A stretch of DNA of 62,815 nt, the filler included, from Ichthyosporea sp. XGB-2017a (Eukaryota): the NCBI GenBank assembly GCA_002811675.1. It is 6 parts of one record of this genome, joined end to end, with 100 filler letters (N's around TTAATTAATTAA, not from the genome) between each part and the next. Parts side by side here need not be neighbours in the genome. Positions count along the whole stretch, not along the records: positions 38,351 to 44,927 come from PDIM01010317.1; positions 45,028 to 62,815 come from PDIM01010317.1; 4 more parts are not named here. One strand, written 5' to 3'. Each line of letters opens with the position of its first letter. Position 1 is the stretch's first letter. A program made the translations under genes and the position numbers. This document shows positions 42,011 to 55,023 of this stretch, one piece after another. The notes beneath the pieces are model-generated. The model saw only the letters and a program-made list of their open reading frames with translations, was not told the origin of the DNA and did not search any database.

Positions 42011-44565
42011 TTAGAATGACGTTTTGCGCTCGCGTCTAGGAGTACCAGAGCTGTTGCTCATATTAGTATTTTCTCTTTTATCATCCTCCTGAACTCGTCC
42101 AGCGAATCCACGTATTTCTTCGGTATTGCCCCTTTGCCTTCTAGACACACCCAATGATCCGTTGCTATGAAGTTCGGGAAAGGAGTTTTGAATCTTTTCC
42201 AGAAATGTTCCTTGTATAGTAGTAGGCGCCCTTCCACTACTAATAGACTTTCTCCTTTGAGACGAGGATCGCTGAGCAGTCGCTTGACTAGCGTCTCTGG
42301 CCTTTTTGGATTGTGGTTTTGGACTAGCCTGCCTGCCAAGAGTTGTCCGCTCCACTTCACTTATTCTGTCTTCCTCTACAAGCTTCAGCTCTTCAATGCA
42401 CTGCCCAATCATGGATATAAATTCATCTGCATATTCAGTCTCTATAAAGGAAAACATACATATTATATCACTTTCGTTAACAAGCATAAACCCACTGGAT
42501 TTATCTTCATAAGAATAAAAAGAAATTAAAAAACAAAATGAACAAACGATGCGTTATTAATTCTGCAGATCCACTAGAATGTACAAAAAAGAAAAACAAA
42601 AAGTACGCAACAAGCATTTATAAACTATCTAAACTCCCTAAATAGGCACTTACTTTGAGAATGAACAGTCTGGACCCTTAGGCCATACAATGGATACATG
42701 TTCTTGTACACAAAACTGCAAGCAGCTCCTTCGACTCCAGATGAACGCTTGTTAGCCGGCTTGGTGCATAAAATAACGTCGTTGAAAAGAAAAAGTACTC
42801 TGTAGTGGCCTTTTTTTTGAATAGATTTTCTCATTTCTGAAATCTTGACTTCACTCACAGGAGCTTGCATTACGAAATAACGATGGGGTGCAGCAAGATC
42901 CGGGCACTTATTACCTATTGCATCGCATATTTCTTCCACCTCTGTCACATGGTCAGGATCAGGCTGAAACTCCCTTTTTGCTATTCTCTTATAAATCTGC
43001 CCTAAGAAAACAGGGTCCAGGTCTTTTCCACCATCAATTCCTCGATTGTTGCGTATGAAATCATCCAAAGTCATTTTACGCCTTACATTGGGGTTGTGGA
43101 TGTCCGTGTTTAACAGAATGATGGAGAAGGCAAGTACGTACGCGGTATCGGATTTTGAAAATTTGTCGGGATTTTCCTTGCAATAGCCTTTCGAGAACTC
43201 TTCCATTATCCTATCAATCTTCTGTGCTTCCCCAGGAAGTCTAAACCGACGCATGAATCTACGCACAGCTACATCCAATTCAAGATTTTCCATTACAAAC
43301 AGATGAACATAAGAGCGCAAAACGCTTAGATTAACTGGATGTGGTTCCCCCAAATATTCCCCAATGGCAGCTTTACTCAACCCTGGCTGATAGTACAGAA
43401 AGTCTGCTATTCCTTTCGCACTGGGGTCCTTTATAAACTGCTTATCAATAATGTACACAAGTCCTCTCCGGGGTTCCCTATTGAATTTGTGCACACCCAC
43501 TCGAAGAAGCTTCCTTTTATGAGTCGAACATTGGGCCTCCGAGAACATTTGGTCCGTTTGAGCGCGGATGGGTGAGGGGGACACACCTTCTTCTTTAGTG
43601 TTTTTCATGGCTCCAGACTCGCTCTTGTCCATCGCATCACCACTCTGGTCGTTCTCCACCTCGATGATATCCCTTGCAGAAGTCTCTGGACGGTCCGTTT
43701 GTTTCGACGAGGTGTGGATTGCACCATCAGACATATACCAGGAGGTTGATTTGCGTCTCAACAACACCGGATTGGGTCTATCTTGCTCTTCGTCGGGTTC
43801 ACTTAACACCTCCAGGCTCTGCTTCATCCTATCCGCGTCAAGGCCCCCCTCATTAGTGGCCCCCAGCTCCTCCCCGTCCCTCAGGTACCCCTCCAGTCCT
43901 CCCCGATCACTCGTCGCTTCCATTTTGAGTGAGGTCCCTCGATTCGTTCGAGGGCCATCAGCAGCTGAACCCGAGGAATCGACCACTTTCATAGACTCAA
44001 ATCGCTTTTCCATCTGTTTCCTTCGAAAAAACCGCTGAATATTCACTGCTGCTGCTCGGTGTTCCTTTGTGTTATATTTATCAACCACAGCCGCGTTGAC
44101 TCTTTCGCGGATATCCCCAGAGATTTCATACTCGTCAAGAAAATCAACAGGGCTTCCTCGCTCTCGTCCTACAAACACTCCTGTTAATCGCCGACCCACA
44201 CTCGGTTTTTGTTTCGACACCGAAGAGGGCCGTTCAAGGCTACCAAACGCTTCCTCTGGCATTGATGCAGATTTATCCCCCCGCGAGTTGGCATAGGCCG
44301 CCTGCAGGACATCGGATGGGCGTTGAGAGGACTGTCGCTTCCTCTCTTCCTCCTCCCCAGCCTCCTCCTTTGTTACCCCAAGCACAGCCTTGCACTCCAT
44401 ATCCAAGTGCGCATTGATCTCATCTGCGTGCACCAACTCCCCACACGCCGGGCAGTTTACCCGACTAGAACACCAGTCAAGATGCTCGTTTATAATTGCA
44501 TCAGGGACCACTTCCTTACACAAAGGACAGTTCACGGCCATATCAGATACCCGTGGCCCGTCCAT
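42011..44565 (-). CDS. IQSEC/BRAG-like ARF GEF (2x UBZ4-type zinc finger, IQ, Sec7, PH); exons 42654-44565 and 42011-42504
   Basis: Sec7 FRLPGEAQKIDRIMEEF and YVLAFSIILLNTDIHNP; IQ motif AAVNIQRFFRRKQMEKRF; the PH domain is completed by a phase-1 GTAAGT...GAAG intron. Confidence 0.9.
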
Positions 44566-45027
44566 CCTGTTACCTGTACCTATCACCACACTCTGTAGTC
44601 TGTACCCTCCCACCCTTCCTTCCCTGACTCTACACTAAAGCGAGTCTGTGTGTGTGTCTCGGTGTTAATCTCCCTCTCCTATCCCACACAGTCCATAGCT
44701 CTAAGTGCAGTGTGGTACAGTCATAACCTCCTCCTCCTCCTCCTTCACAATGAAATAAAAATAACAATGGGAGTTTATAAATAAAAAATGCCCTAATCGC
44801 TGTAAAAATTAAAAATAAAATAATGCCCCTTCTTTTTTTATTTTTTGTTACTTTTTTGTTTTATTTTTTATTTTTTGTGGCTTTTTTTTTTTTTTGTTGT
44901 TTTTTTGGGGGTTTTTTTTTTTTTTTTNNNNNNNNNNNNNNNNNNNNNNNNNNNNNNNNNNNNNNNNNNNNTTAATTAATTAANNNNNNNNNNNNNNNNN
45001 NNNNNNNNNNNNNNNNNNNNNNNNNNN

Positions 45028-45120
<93 letters not shown>

Positions 45121-45302
45121 AGCAAAGAAATTTTTTAGTTTTGTCGCTTTTTTTTTGGATTTTGTGTTTTTTTGAATTTGTGAAGTGGTTTGATCTTTTG
45201 AGTTGGTCCATCACCCTCTAACCAAAGGAAAAAAGAAAGAAGAAGGAGTGGGATCCTTGAGGGGAAGCGAAGAGGAGCAAAGCTTGGTGTAATATACTCA
45301 AG

Positions 45303-47144
45303 ATGGATGAAACCGCCTCGCTGACGGACCTTGAAGTGGACCTGGAGGAGGTGGAGGGGCCTGGGAGAGTGCTGGAGGGGGCTGGAGGGGAGAGATCCAC
45401 ACAAGGAGTGTCTCCAAGGGTGCGTAGCCCTGAATCTCATGTAGGGAGGGGAAGGGGTGATGGTGTGGAGTATGGATATCCGTCGGATGACGAAGAAGCC
45501 GCAGGAGACGAGGTGCTGCGTCTCCGCCGTCGAGTGGTGGCTAGTGGAGGGGAGGAAGACGGCGCTGATGTGCTATTGGAGGAGATTGTTGGGGATGGAC
45601 TTTCTCGTGGCGAGGATCTAGATGGGTTGAATGGGGGCAGGGAGGGTGTGGGGCTGCTGGACATGGAAGAGGGGTACTTTGAAGGGGAAGATCCATATGG
45701 GGAGGGGAGTGGGAGAGAGGAGCTGCTGCGGAGGCGGACTTTAACGGACGAGGATGATGATAGCCTGTTTATCCCGGGAAGTGGGAGTGCTGGACCTGCA
45801 GGGGGTGACGGAGAAGGTCATGTGAAACTGCAAACTTATGTGGAGCTTGCTCAGTTGAATTTTTTCTGGTTCGGAACTTCTTTTGTGTGGTTTCTTTTGT
45901 CCGTGACGACTCTTCCCTCGCAGGTGTACAACCTGGTTGGAGATGCGAACAAGGGATTATATCTGGGAGCTGTTGTAGCTGCGGGATCGGTGGTGTCCCT
46001 CATATTTAGTCCAATGATGGGCCTGTGGAGTGATTCTTCGACTCATCCTCTGGGACGAAGGCGTCCATTTATGGTGGGGGGTGTGGTGTTTATGCTGTGC
46101 GGGCTTCTGGCCATGGCCTGGATGGCACCTGAACAACACGCCACTAAAACAGCGGGGCCCTATGAGGTGGATAACATTCCTTATCTAACTGTAGGGGCTT
46201 TTATCATAAGCTACCAGCTGAACGCAGGTGGGTATGTGGTCTGCTCAGTGCCTTACAACGGGCTGCTGGCGGATAAGACTCCGGCTGCTAAACGAGGTGT
46301 GGGATCTGGGCTGATGGCGATGTTTCAGACTTTGGGTAATTTGTTCGGAGCTGGCTTTGGGACTTTGTACACAACGCTTGGAGTTGTTCAGTCTTACATG
46401 ATCATGTGTGCCGTGCTGGCTGTATGCCTAGCTGTCACTGTACTCTCCATTGGGGAACAGCGGTTGAAGAGGAAAGGGGGATCCAATCGAATGAAACGTA
46501 GTTGTGGAGGACATATCAAAGAGTATTTGAAACCGTGTCGTAATGCAGATTTTCGATGGGTTCTCATTACACGATTTCTTCTGCAACAAGGGGCCTCTAC
46601 TGTTATGTTTTTTCTACAATATTGGATGGACGACGTTGTCAGTCTCCCTGAAGGGATGACACCCGAGGCAGCTGTATCATACGCCTTCTTACCGATGTTA
46701 GTCATGTCTGTAGTTAGTTCTGTGTCTGCAGGGTGGCTGAGCGATCGGTTGGGAGGTAGGCGTAAAGTCATTGTCATTACGTCGGCCCTCACCATGGCCT
46801 TGTGTGTAGTAGCCCTGGCATTTACTGAAGTGTTCTACTATGCCGTGCCTGTAACGACAATTTTTGGACTAGGATACGGCTCGTACTTGGCGGTTGACTT
46901 TGCTATGGTTTGTGATATTTTGCCTGTGGATGGGGATAATGCAAAGGACTTGGCTGTCTGGCACACCGCTATGGTCCTTCCCCAGCTTACAGCCACTCCC
47001 CTTGGCGGACTCATCAGAGATATGTTCCAAAACGTCGGTTGTGGTCGGGATTGTGGCTTTGGATACAAAGTTTTGTTTTTTGTGACTGCTTTGTATTTTA
47101 TGCTTTCGGCTATATTGACCCTGCGTATCAAAGGAGTAAAATAA
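45303..47144 (+). CDS. MFS transporter (GPH/sugar-type) with long acidic N-terminus
   Basis: About 12 TM segments; GLWSDSSTHPLGRRRPF and GWLSDRLGGRRK motif-A repeats. Confidence 0.9.
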   Translation: MDETASLTDLEVDLEEVEGPGRVLEGAGGERSTQGVSPRVRSPESHVGRGRGDGVEYGYPSDDEEAAGDEVLRLRRRVVASGGEEDGADVLLEEIVGDGLSRGEDLDGLNGGREGVGLLDMEEGYFEGEDPYGEGSGREELLRRRTLTDEDDDSLFIPGSGSAGPAGGDGEGHVKLQTYVELAQLNFFWFGTSFVWFLLSVTTLPSQVYNLVGDANKGLYLGAVVAAGSVVSLIFSPMMGLWSDSSTHPLGRRRPFMVGGVVFMLCGLLAMAWMAPEQHATKTAGPYEVDNIPYLTVGAFIISYQLNAGGYVVCSVPYNGLLADKTPAAKRGVGSGLMAMFQTLGNLFGAGFGTLYTTLGVVQSYMIMCAVLAVCLAVTVLSIGEQRLKRKGGSNRMKRSCGGHIKEYLKPCRNADFRWVLITRFLLQQGASTVMFFLQYWMDDVVSLPEGMTPEAAVSYAFLPMLVMSVVSSVSAGWLSDRLGGRRKVIVITSALTMALCVVALAFTEVFYYAVPVTTIFGLGYGSYLAVDFAMVCDILPVDGDNAKDLAVWHTAMVLPQLTATPLGGLIRDMFQNVGCGRDCGFGYKVLFFVTALYFMLSAILTLRIKGVK

Positions 47145-47184
47145 CTCTGTGCTATCTTTTTTTCGGTATCCAACTTTTTATTTC

Positions 47185-50100
47185 CTAGGGAGTATAGTGA
47201 TATTTACAATTTGGCATTGGTGCTTTACTGTTGATATTCTTCACAGACCATTGTGATTTTTCCGGCTTGGGGGTTTGCTGTATAATGTTAGCCAGCTTCA
47301 CCCCAAGACTGGGTATGGTTTGGTCCCCTAGAATAGGATATATTGATTCCAAAACCTTTTGAAATGAATCAACGTTGGCATAAATGCAACCGATACTTCT
47401 ATTTATCACAATGCCTTGATAGTCTAAATAAAGAATAGTTGGAACAGAGTTGATTCGTAGCTCGTCAATAAGTTGTGATAGCATATTTTTGCTCTTATCG
47501 TAGAAATAATTTTCTTTGCATTTTGATATGGCAAGCAAAGCTGGTTCACTTGTGAGTGCTATCCCTATGGACCTGATTTTACCATGAAAGACTGAGTAGT
47601 ATTCCTCTACCATGCGCATGAGGTAGATACAGGACTTGCACAAAGGATCCCAAATAACGACCATGGCTGAGATTTTGGTATTTTCAGACCCAGTGCCCGG
47701 TGTCGCAGCTATTTGCCCAAGTGGTTTCACTGCACCTGTAGTCGGGCATGTCACCATTACTTGTGAAGCAGTCAACTTATCAAGACGCAGATAATCTGTA
47801 AGAAATGTAAACATTTCTCCCACTCCAGTTGATGGGCCATTTTGATTAAGAGGCTGCATTTTTTTTCTCTTTGGGAATTTTTTCACAGTGTACATGTGGA
47901 ACGCGCCCTTTGATACCAAGCGTTCGTTACTCTAAATGAGTTTTTTTTGTTTGTATTAAAGAAAGACAGTGTAAATACTTGATTCTTATATCCCTTCCAT
48001 TTTCATATTTCGCTTTTTGTTTTTGAAAGAGTCATTGTGTACTTACCAGTGTATTTTGAAAAGAACATTGAGTGGATGTCTGGGATGAAGGGTTGCAATG
48101 ACCTCCCAGTGGGCAATAATGTGTAAGCAGTCGCGGCATTTCTAAGACTTCTTCGCTTGAGGAAGCACCTTCAACCTCTCCATTTGATGAAAGCGCCTTT
48201 ATCTGAAAGCTTACTTTACTTGACTGAAGAATGGAGTCCAAAGTGACAAGTATTTCCCCTGTATTAGAGTCAAGGGCATCTCCAAAGCAGTAACCATTGA
48301 CATAGAGTTGTTTGACTGCACTAAGTTTGCTTTGGGCAATATATTTGACACCAAAAGTTGGGTGCTTCAAAGCTTCGTTGTACGATTGAATGGTGACTCT
48401 GATCTCGTTATCTATTTCCGAAAGCCAGTCACACAACCTTTCATGGGTGGCAGTAAACGTCGCCGAGTATTTGGCTTTTGAGTAAAAGAATTTTGTCCAG
48501 CTTAACAATTTAAGTATACGATCTCTTTGGAGCAAAAGATTGCAGAAATCTGACTGAAACCCTGAGCTTTCTTCCCAGAGAGGATAGATCTTCACACGGA
48601 TTGAATCACCCACCTGTCTGGGAGATAAGAAGAGTTTCTTGGACCCGCCCACTCCCGATGATTGGTGGCCCTTGGCTTGCACAACTACTTCGTAGTTCTG
48701 ATTCATATTAAGGTTATCTAGGTCAATGTGCTCACACCTCCAAGCAGGCACTTCAAAACGGCGAGCTAATTTTTTCGATTTAGAATTGAAGATAGAAACC
48801 TCATATCTTTCTATTTGACCACCGGTGCTGTTAGAGGTAAGCAGTCGAAAGCAAAAGTTTCCAGTAACAGCTCTTATAAGACACTCCTCATTGCATTCTT
48901 TGAGGTCAAGCTTTGTCAACTGAGGAGGTATACTGACTGGTGCTGACATTTTACCGCAACCAACGGGACTGGCAGTATTTGCCCGAATCACGACCTGCTG
49001 ATAAGATGAAGATAATTTTCGAAGTCGAAATGTGCGTGTCTCAGGCGTGATACTAGAATTCAGATTGTTACCATTGATAGCAATTGTGTAGGAGACTACT
49101 TCAGCTCTACTAAATTCCCTCGGCCGAGTCCATTCAAGGTTGACAAAATCCCCACCCTCATCAATGAAACGAAGCAGCGGTCTTTCAGGTCGCGACGGAG
49201 TTTCAACGACCAAAATCTCAGACCTTAGTGTGGTAAGCTCCAAGGAAATATCTGCTATACTCTTCAATTGAAGAGTCACTTCAGCAGTTATAAAGTATGT
49301 GGTACCGTTGCACAAATTAGGAATGTTGACTTTACCTATTATTTCCTTCCCTCGGCTGTCTTTTTGATGAAGAGGAAACGTACCCCTGTACACATTTTCG
49401 CCCTTGTAGTTAGTACACAACACTTTAACGCTATATTCTACGTTGATGGCCAACAGCAGCTCCTTTAAAACATGATACTCAATATATATTGTGTCTTGGC
49501 TGCAAGAAAGCTCGAAAAGTGAAAGGCCCAGATCGCTTCGATCTATACCGGATGATACATCCACTATCACAAGCTTTTCCGACAAAGGTCCAGCAAAGTT
49601 TGCGCTCAATAGCTGGGCAGTGACGTAGCCTGAAAATGGCTCGTTGTGATGAAATGTGATTATTTGACCTGAGCTATTCAAGGACCTTTGAACCTGCACT
49701 GCCCCGTTAAATGAAAATATTCCTTCGAGCACCGGCGTATACATTTCGGAAGAATTATGCACAAAAAACGAATCTTCGAAACAGATTTGGAGGATAGTTG
49801 TGTTTCTGGAATGATAAATGATATTTAGCGATGGTTTGGTCAAGCGAGAGTAAGGTAGTGTTAACGTCAAAGGAAAGGAAACTGCCAAACACCTTCGCTC
49901 ATGAAGAAGCTCGAGAGTATATTGCATTTCGTAGCCCGCGCTAATTTCTTTGAGAGGTATTGTCCATATGTACCTATCGGCTGGCACATAGAAATGTGAA
50001 ATCGAGTGCCTTTGTCCATGTGCAGCTTTCTGTGTGATATAAATTTCAGCGTCGGAAGGTATGTCAAGTTCTGCGTGGAAACTCCAAGTAATGAATCTTT

Positions 50101-53100
50101 CACTTTGGCGAGGTTCAATTTGACAAAATATTTTTCGCTCTGTACCTATATCACTAAGTTGAAATTTACAGCTCCCCAAGGCCGTCCTGAGCTTCTGTTT
50201 AGACAGATTGTTAGGTGGAGCATACGCTTGAATTTCTATAGATTCCTTTTTCTTCGTTGATCCAATTCTTATAAAATTGTCATTCTTTCCAGTTTCTTGA
50301 GGTTTGGTTTGGGAGGATGAGCCATCAATTAGAATGTCATAGTGTGCTCGGCAGCCCTGCAAATCTAACACATCAGGTAGCTGTATAGTAACTGATCCTT
50401 CGTCATATCCCTTGATGAACGGCCTTATGGCTTGGGAAGCATCATATGTAGTAAAGAAATATGGATCCGAAAGCCAAAAGCCAGTGTCCGTAAAAGCTGT
50501 TGGGCTTCCTATAATCACAACAAAGCGTGTCTCAGACTTGTTGAGAGAGCAAGCCCATTCTCGCGTAGTGCCTTTGAACTTCTGAAAGGACTCCACAAAG
50601 ACCCCTTTATGAGAGACAGAAAGTAAAAGGCCACTGAGCTTGTATGGTATTTCCCCATTTGATGGCACATTAAGGGACCATTGAATTCTCACGCATTCAG
50701 GCGTTTCGATGATAACGTTTGTAATCAAAATCAAAGGACGAGCTGGTGTATTGATTTTGTGGGGTGTAGATATTTCAGAGCTCTCCTCAAAGGAACCCGA
50801 GCAGTACTGAATCCTGGCCAAGTAGTCTGTGCCTTGTCGAAGCGGTGGGAGTTTTAGTGTGTTGATATCAGAATCTATCGTGAAGGTGTTGTCACCAAAA
50901 TGTATTCTATAATAGCCACCCTCTGGATGATAGTCACACGTTTCTTTCCAACTAAGTACCAACAATCCATTTTCAATTGCAGCCCTGAACGTTGGGGCTT
51001 GTGGGCAAGCTGTTGTCTGAAAGGTACCACTGGAAAACAACCCTCCACTACCAGTCCCCGATTTTTCAAAACTTAGCTCATAGGCATATAAGCAATCAGG
51101 ATTCAAGTCTGTAACGTTTGCACACCCTTTACTGTTGATAGAAATAGATTTGACCAGTTTTTCACACAGAATTGCAAAAGGAGATTCGTGTGACCTCCTC
51201 CAAACTCGCAAGGTACCGCCATACGGATTTTCGTTTGCCATCCATTCAATCATAGCACTCTTTGAAGTTATATACTTTGAGGAAACCTTAATGGATGCCT
51301 CCCTTGGTATGGGTATTCTAAGTGCCCTTTTTAATTCCAAATTTTTTAAAGTTGCCATTATAGAGGGCGTTTGTTCAGTTTGTGGGTCAAACTCCCTAAT
51401 AAAATGCACATACGTGCCTTTTGGTCGGACGGAATCAACAACCTTCTCCTTTTCTTTCACCACCCAAAAACTATTTCTTAGAAAAGGATCAACTTTGCAG
51501 TATATTAAAAACCGATTATTGAAACCCAATGGTATGAGCTGAACATCCAAGAATTCTTGCGAGCACATGGATACATCGTACAAAGTGTTGGTGCTATAAA
51601 TGCTATGTGACCAATAAGTCTCCTCAAATGTGCATTCTTTTCGTCGAACCTCCAATCTGAACTGTACGGGGTTCATTTTTCTTTCTTCCAATATGACTTC
51701 ACAACGTGTCCTATGCAACGGAAAAGGTCCTAATTCTTGGAATTTTTCACCAACAAATCCACACAATGCGAAAAGATACATATCGTGCACATCACCAAAG
51801 ACAGCAGGCTGAAGCCATTCGATTTTGCAAGTCAACGGACCATTATTTTCAGGACCTCCCGTAAACGTAAACTTCGGTTCATATAGTACCACACCTCTAA
51901 CGGTATACACAGGCTCATTCGAGTATACTTTGAATCCCCGACCGGGCTCGTCACGACCGACAACAAATCGATATGTCCCTGGTCCTGGAAGGTTAAGTTC
52001 ATATGTTTGTTTTTCTAGGTCTATCCTGTTCAATTCATCCCCGTTAACAACCAATAACGCATTCTCGCAATTGACTTCTCTAGTGTTTGTCCACTCAACG
52101 TTGATAAGGTTAGTTCCAAAAAAAGATCGAATGGTCAATTTTATGGGCTTTTCTTCTGCAGTACAAGAAAATGAAACACTCTTTGAATTAACTTTAGCGA
52201 CCGAACTTGCATTTGAATGCACTTCTAGCAAACAGGAATAAGCAGTACTCAAAAGGAGTCCAGTAAGTCTAAAACTACTACACAAGGGAGAGTTGACATA
52301 GTGCGTCTTGTTATATCTTACTATATCCCCTGTACCGGTCTTCTGTAAGTCTTCCCATACTATAATTGAATAACCACTGACACTAGCACCTCCTTTACAG
52401 ACAGGTTTACTCCAATAAAGCATTGCCGAGTCTTGTGTGATGTTCTTAACATTGATTACCGGAGGAAGTATTCTTGGCACTACTGCTTTTTTTGACTTGG
52501 CAGCAGAACTCAAATATTCACTATCTTTAGATGGAGTACAGGTTTTTTTTACGCTTACAGATTTCACAGGACTAACTACCAACACCATCTTGACAACATC
52601 ACATACAGCTCCTAATGTAATAGTGCAAGTAGGAGCAAGTTTCTGTACATACTTCTCTGGAAGTTGTATTTTGCAATCTTCAACGTGCAACAAAGCATAT
52701 TCCATCTTGTTTATAAATACGCAAATACTTGTTAAAATTGGACCCAAAGGAACAAATTCTTGAAGCCCCCAAGTTACCAACAAGCTTCCATCAGTCGTAT
52801 AAGAGCAATTAAGTGGGGACTGAGTAAGATTAACAACTTTTACGCGAAAATGGTCCAGTGTTTTAAAAATATAAGGGAGTGCTCGATGTACTTCATTTTC
52901 GGGGTGCCAAAGGCGTATAAAAGGATTAATATCTTCATACTCCCCTTTACCGAGATTTTCCAAACATTTATCGAGTTTTTGACAATCCAACTTCGTGTTA
53001 TCCCACAAAATGAGGCTGGATGAGTTGTCGGATACATCCTCATCTATAGAAGTATTACTTGTTGTTTGAACACTCCTCATTCCTTTTTGCATTTCTTGAA

Positions 53101-54715
53101 CCACTATAAGTGGTAGCCAGATTGAAGTTTTTAAGCCACCCCCACAACAAAAACAGTGAAGAAACGGGTATGTCCCCTCTTTTTTCTCAAGCATTTCAAC
53201 TTTCATTTTGTATACAAAATACGTGTTCGTTGCTATCAGCGGCGTCAGTAACCTGTACTCTTTGCCGGAAGTCTGCACAAGACCATTAAACACTTGAATT
53301 ACTGGAAAAGAACTCACCATTCCCTCTCCCCTTCTCACTACCCACCACACTAAAGAGCTCTTTTGCACATAAATCGGTTTTGCTTGCAATCTATCCACAA
53401 GTTTGTCTATCAGCATGACAGTCGACTCTTGCTTTGGTCTGGCAAGTAGGAGTTCCACGAGTCTCTCGTTTCCGTCACGTAAAGTTTGTCGGAACAGAAT
53501 ATCATCTATCTGAATGCTTTTGTGGTTGATATCAGCGGCTGCTAACTCATACTGGTATGAAGATCTGCACGTGTGGTCGAATCTTGAAACCAGCATTTTA
53601 TCACCGCTACTGTCGTGATTACCATTGAGAGATGAATATGCATACCCAAAATTTTGAACGGAAATAATTTTGTTTTTAGAATATGGATCCAAATTCAACT
53701 CATCCGAAAGAAAGACATTTATAGGATCCATCGAATGAATAACAACAGACTTTCCATCTTTACTCTCCCTTACATAAACACCTGGTTTGTCCACTCTGTA
53801 GGCGCACTGCTCCCTTCTCTCGTAAACAGGCTCTATCTGCCTTGGGCCCCCTTCTTTACATTCATCACATACGTAAGCAAGTGTTCTCATTAAAACTGTG
53901 CTGTCGATGAGATAATCCCCAATAGTTAGCCTGAGATAGCAACTGTCCAATGAAGCATCATTTGAAATGTCCTTCAGGTGGTTTACAACAACCATATGAA
54001 CAGTGCAAATCATATTGAATTCCTTGAATGTCATATAAAGTGTACATAATCCGCATAATTCCATTGATTGAGCTGGAATCATTACGGTCTCCCATCCACT
54101 TGATTCTCCGGTTGCCCATTCATCCAGTATTTCTTCTTGGAAGTACCTCTCCCCAGCCTCGTCTTCCATCGCATATGAAACTGCGACCTTCATTGGCCAT
54201 TGTTTGCTCTGCATTTCCCCATCAGAGCACCTTCTGCGGATTGCAAGCTGGCAGGAGTCCTCTAGAAAAAGATCCAAATGTCTTCGTGTTAAATTCACTT
54301 CTGGATCAAGCATGGCGATACCATTGGGTGTGCATACATCAAGAAGAATAGTGGATTCTTCCCCTGAGACTCGGTGGGTGCATATAATCCGATACAGGCC
54401 AGGCACCATCATCTCAAAGCAGCAACCGAGCCTCACCCCGGTGCACTCCTTATGCTGATTCATCCATACTCTGACATCCACCGGAATGGCTCTGTCACCA
54501 TCTATTGGCAATACTTCCACTGATACAGATTCCGTCCATGCTATATGAATCCTCTTATAGACCGCCATAGACACCCTCAGCGGTAAATTGATCAAGGATC
54601 TGACATCCACTCTCAGTTGATAGTGTGCCGCCGCGCAAGAACCCCAAGAGGCAGCGCAAGGAAAGGGAACAGTTTGATTAGTCGCCTGGCTGCCCCGGGA
54701 CACGCAGGACCCCAT
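47185..54715 (-). CDS. Giant multi-FN3 protein with N-terminal MGSC and spliced C-terminal thioredoxin-like domain (~2471 aa); exons 48047-54715 and 47185-47931
   Basis: FN3 signatures (SAMLYWSKP..VSGYSI..LTGLLLSTAY; VNLEWTRP..VVSYTI). CTG|GTAAGT donor and ATTTAG|AGT acceptor join in frame to the ORF containing VVIWDPLCKSC...NSVPTILYLD. Confidence 0.8.
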
Positions 54716-55023
54716 GATCTATTTCGTTACTGTTCTTTCCGGCCTCCAGATGGCTTAAGCTACATGAATCATTTGAATCCTTAATTATTGCACTCCACAG
54801 AACCTCCCTTTTATGTGCAGGCACCCGAAGCTCTACGTAAGAACTCCAAATTCCCGAAATGAAAAATAAAATAGCAAAGGTACAAGAAAGGTAAAGCCTT
54901 TTTTCTTCTTTGTGCCAGAATTTGTAAAAGTTATTCGCATTTTTCACTGTTCAGTTTTTATGTAACGGAAGGGTTTTAGGTGCAAATTGGAGTGCAGACG
55001 TTTTATTTTAGTTTTTGCTGCTT

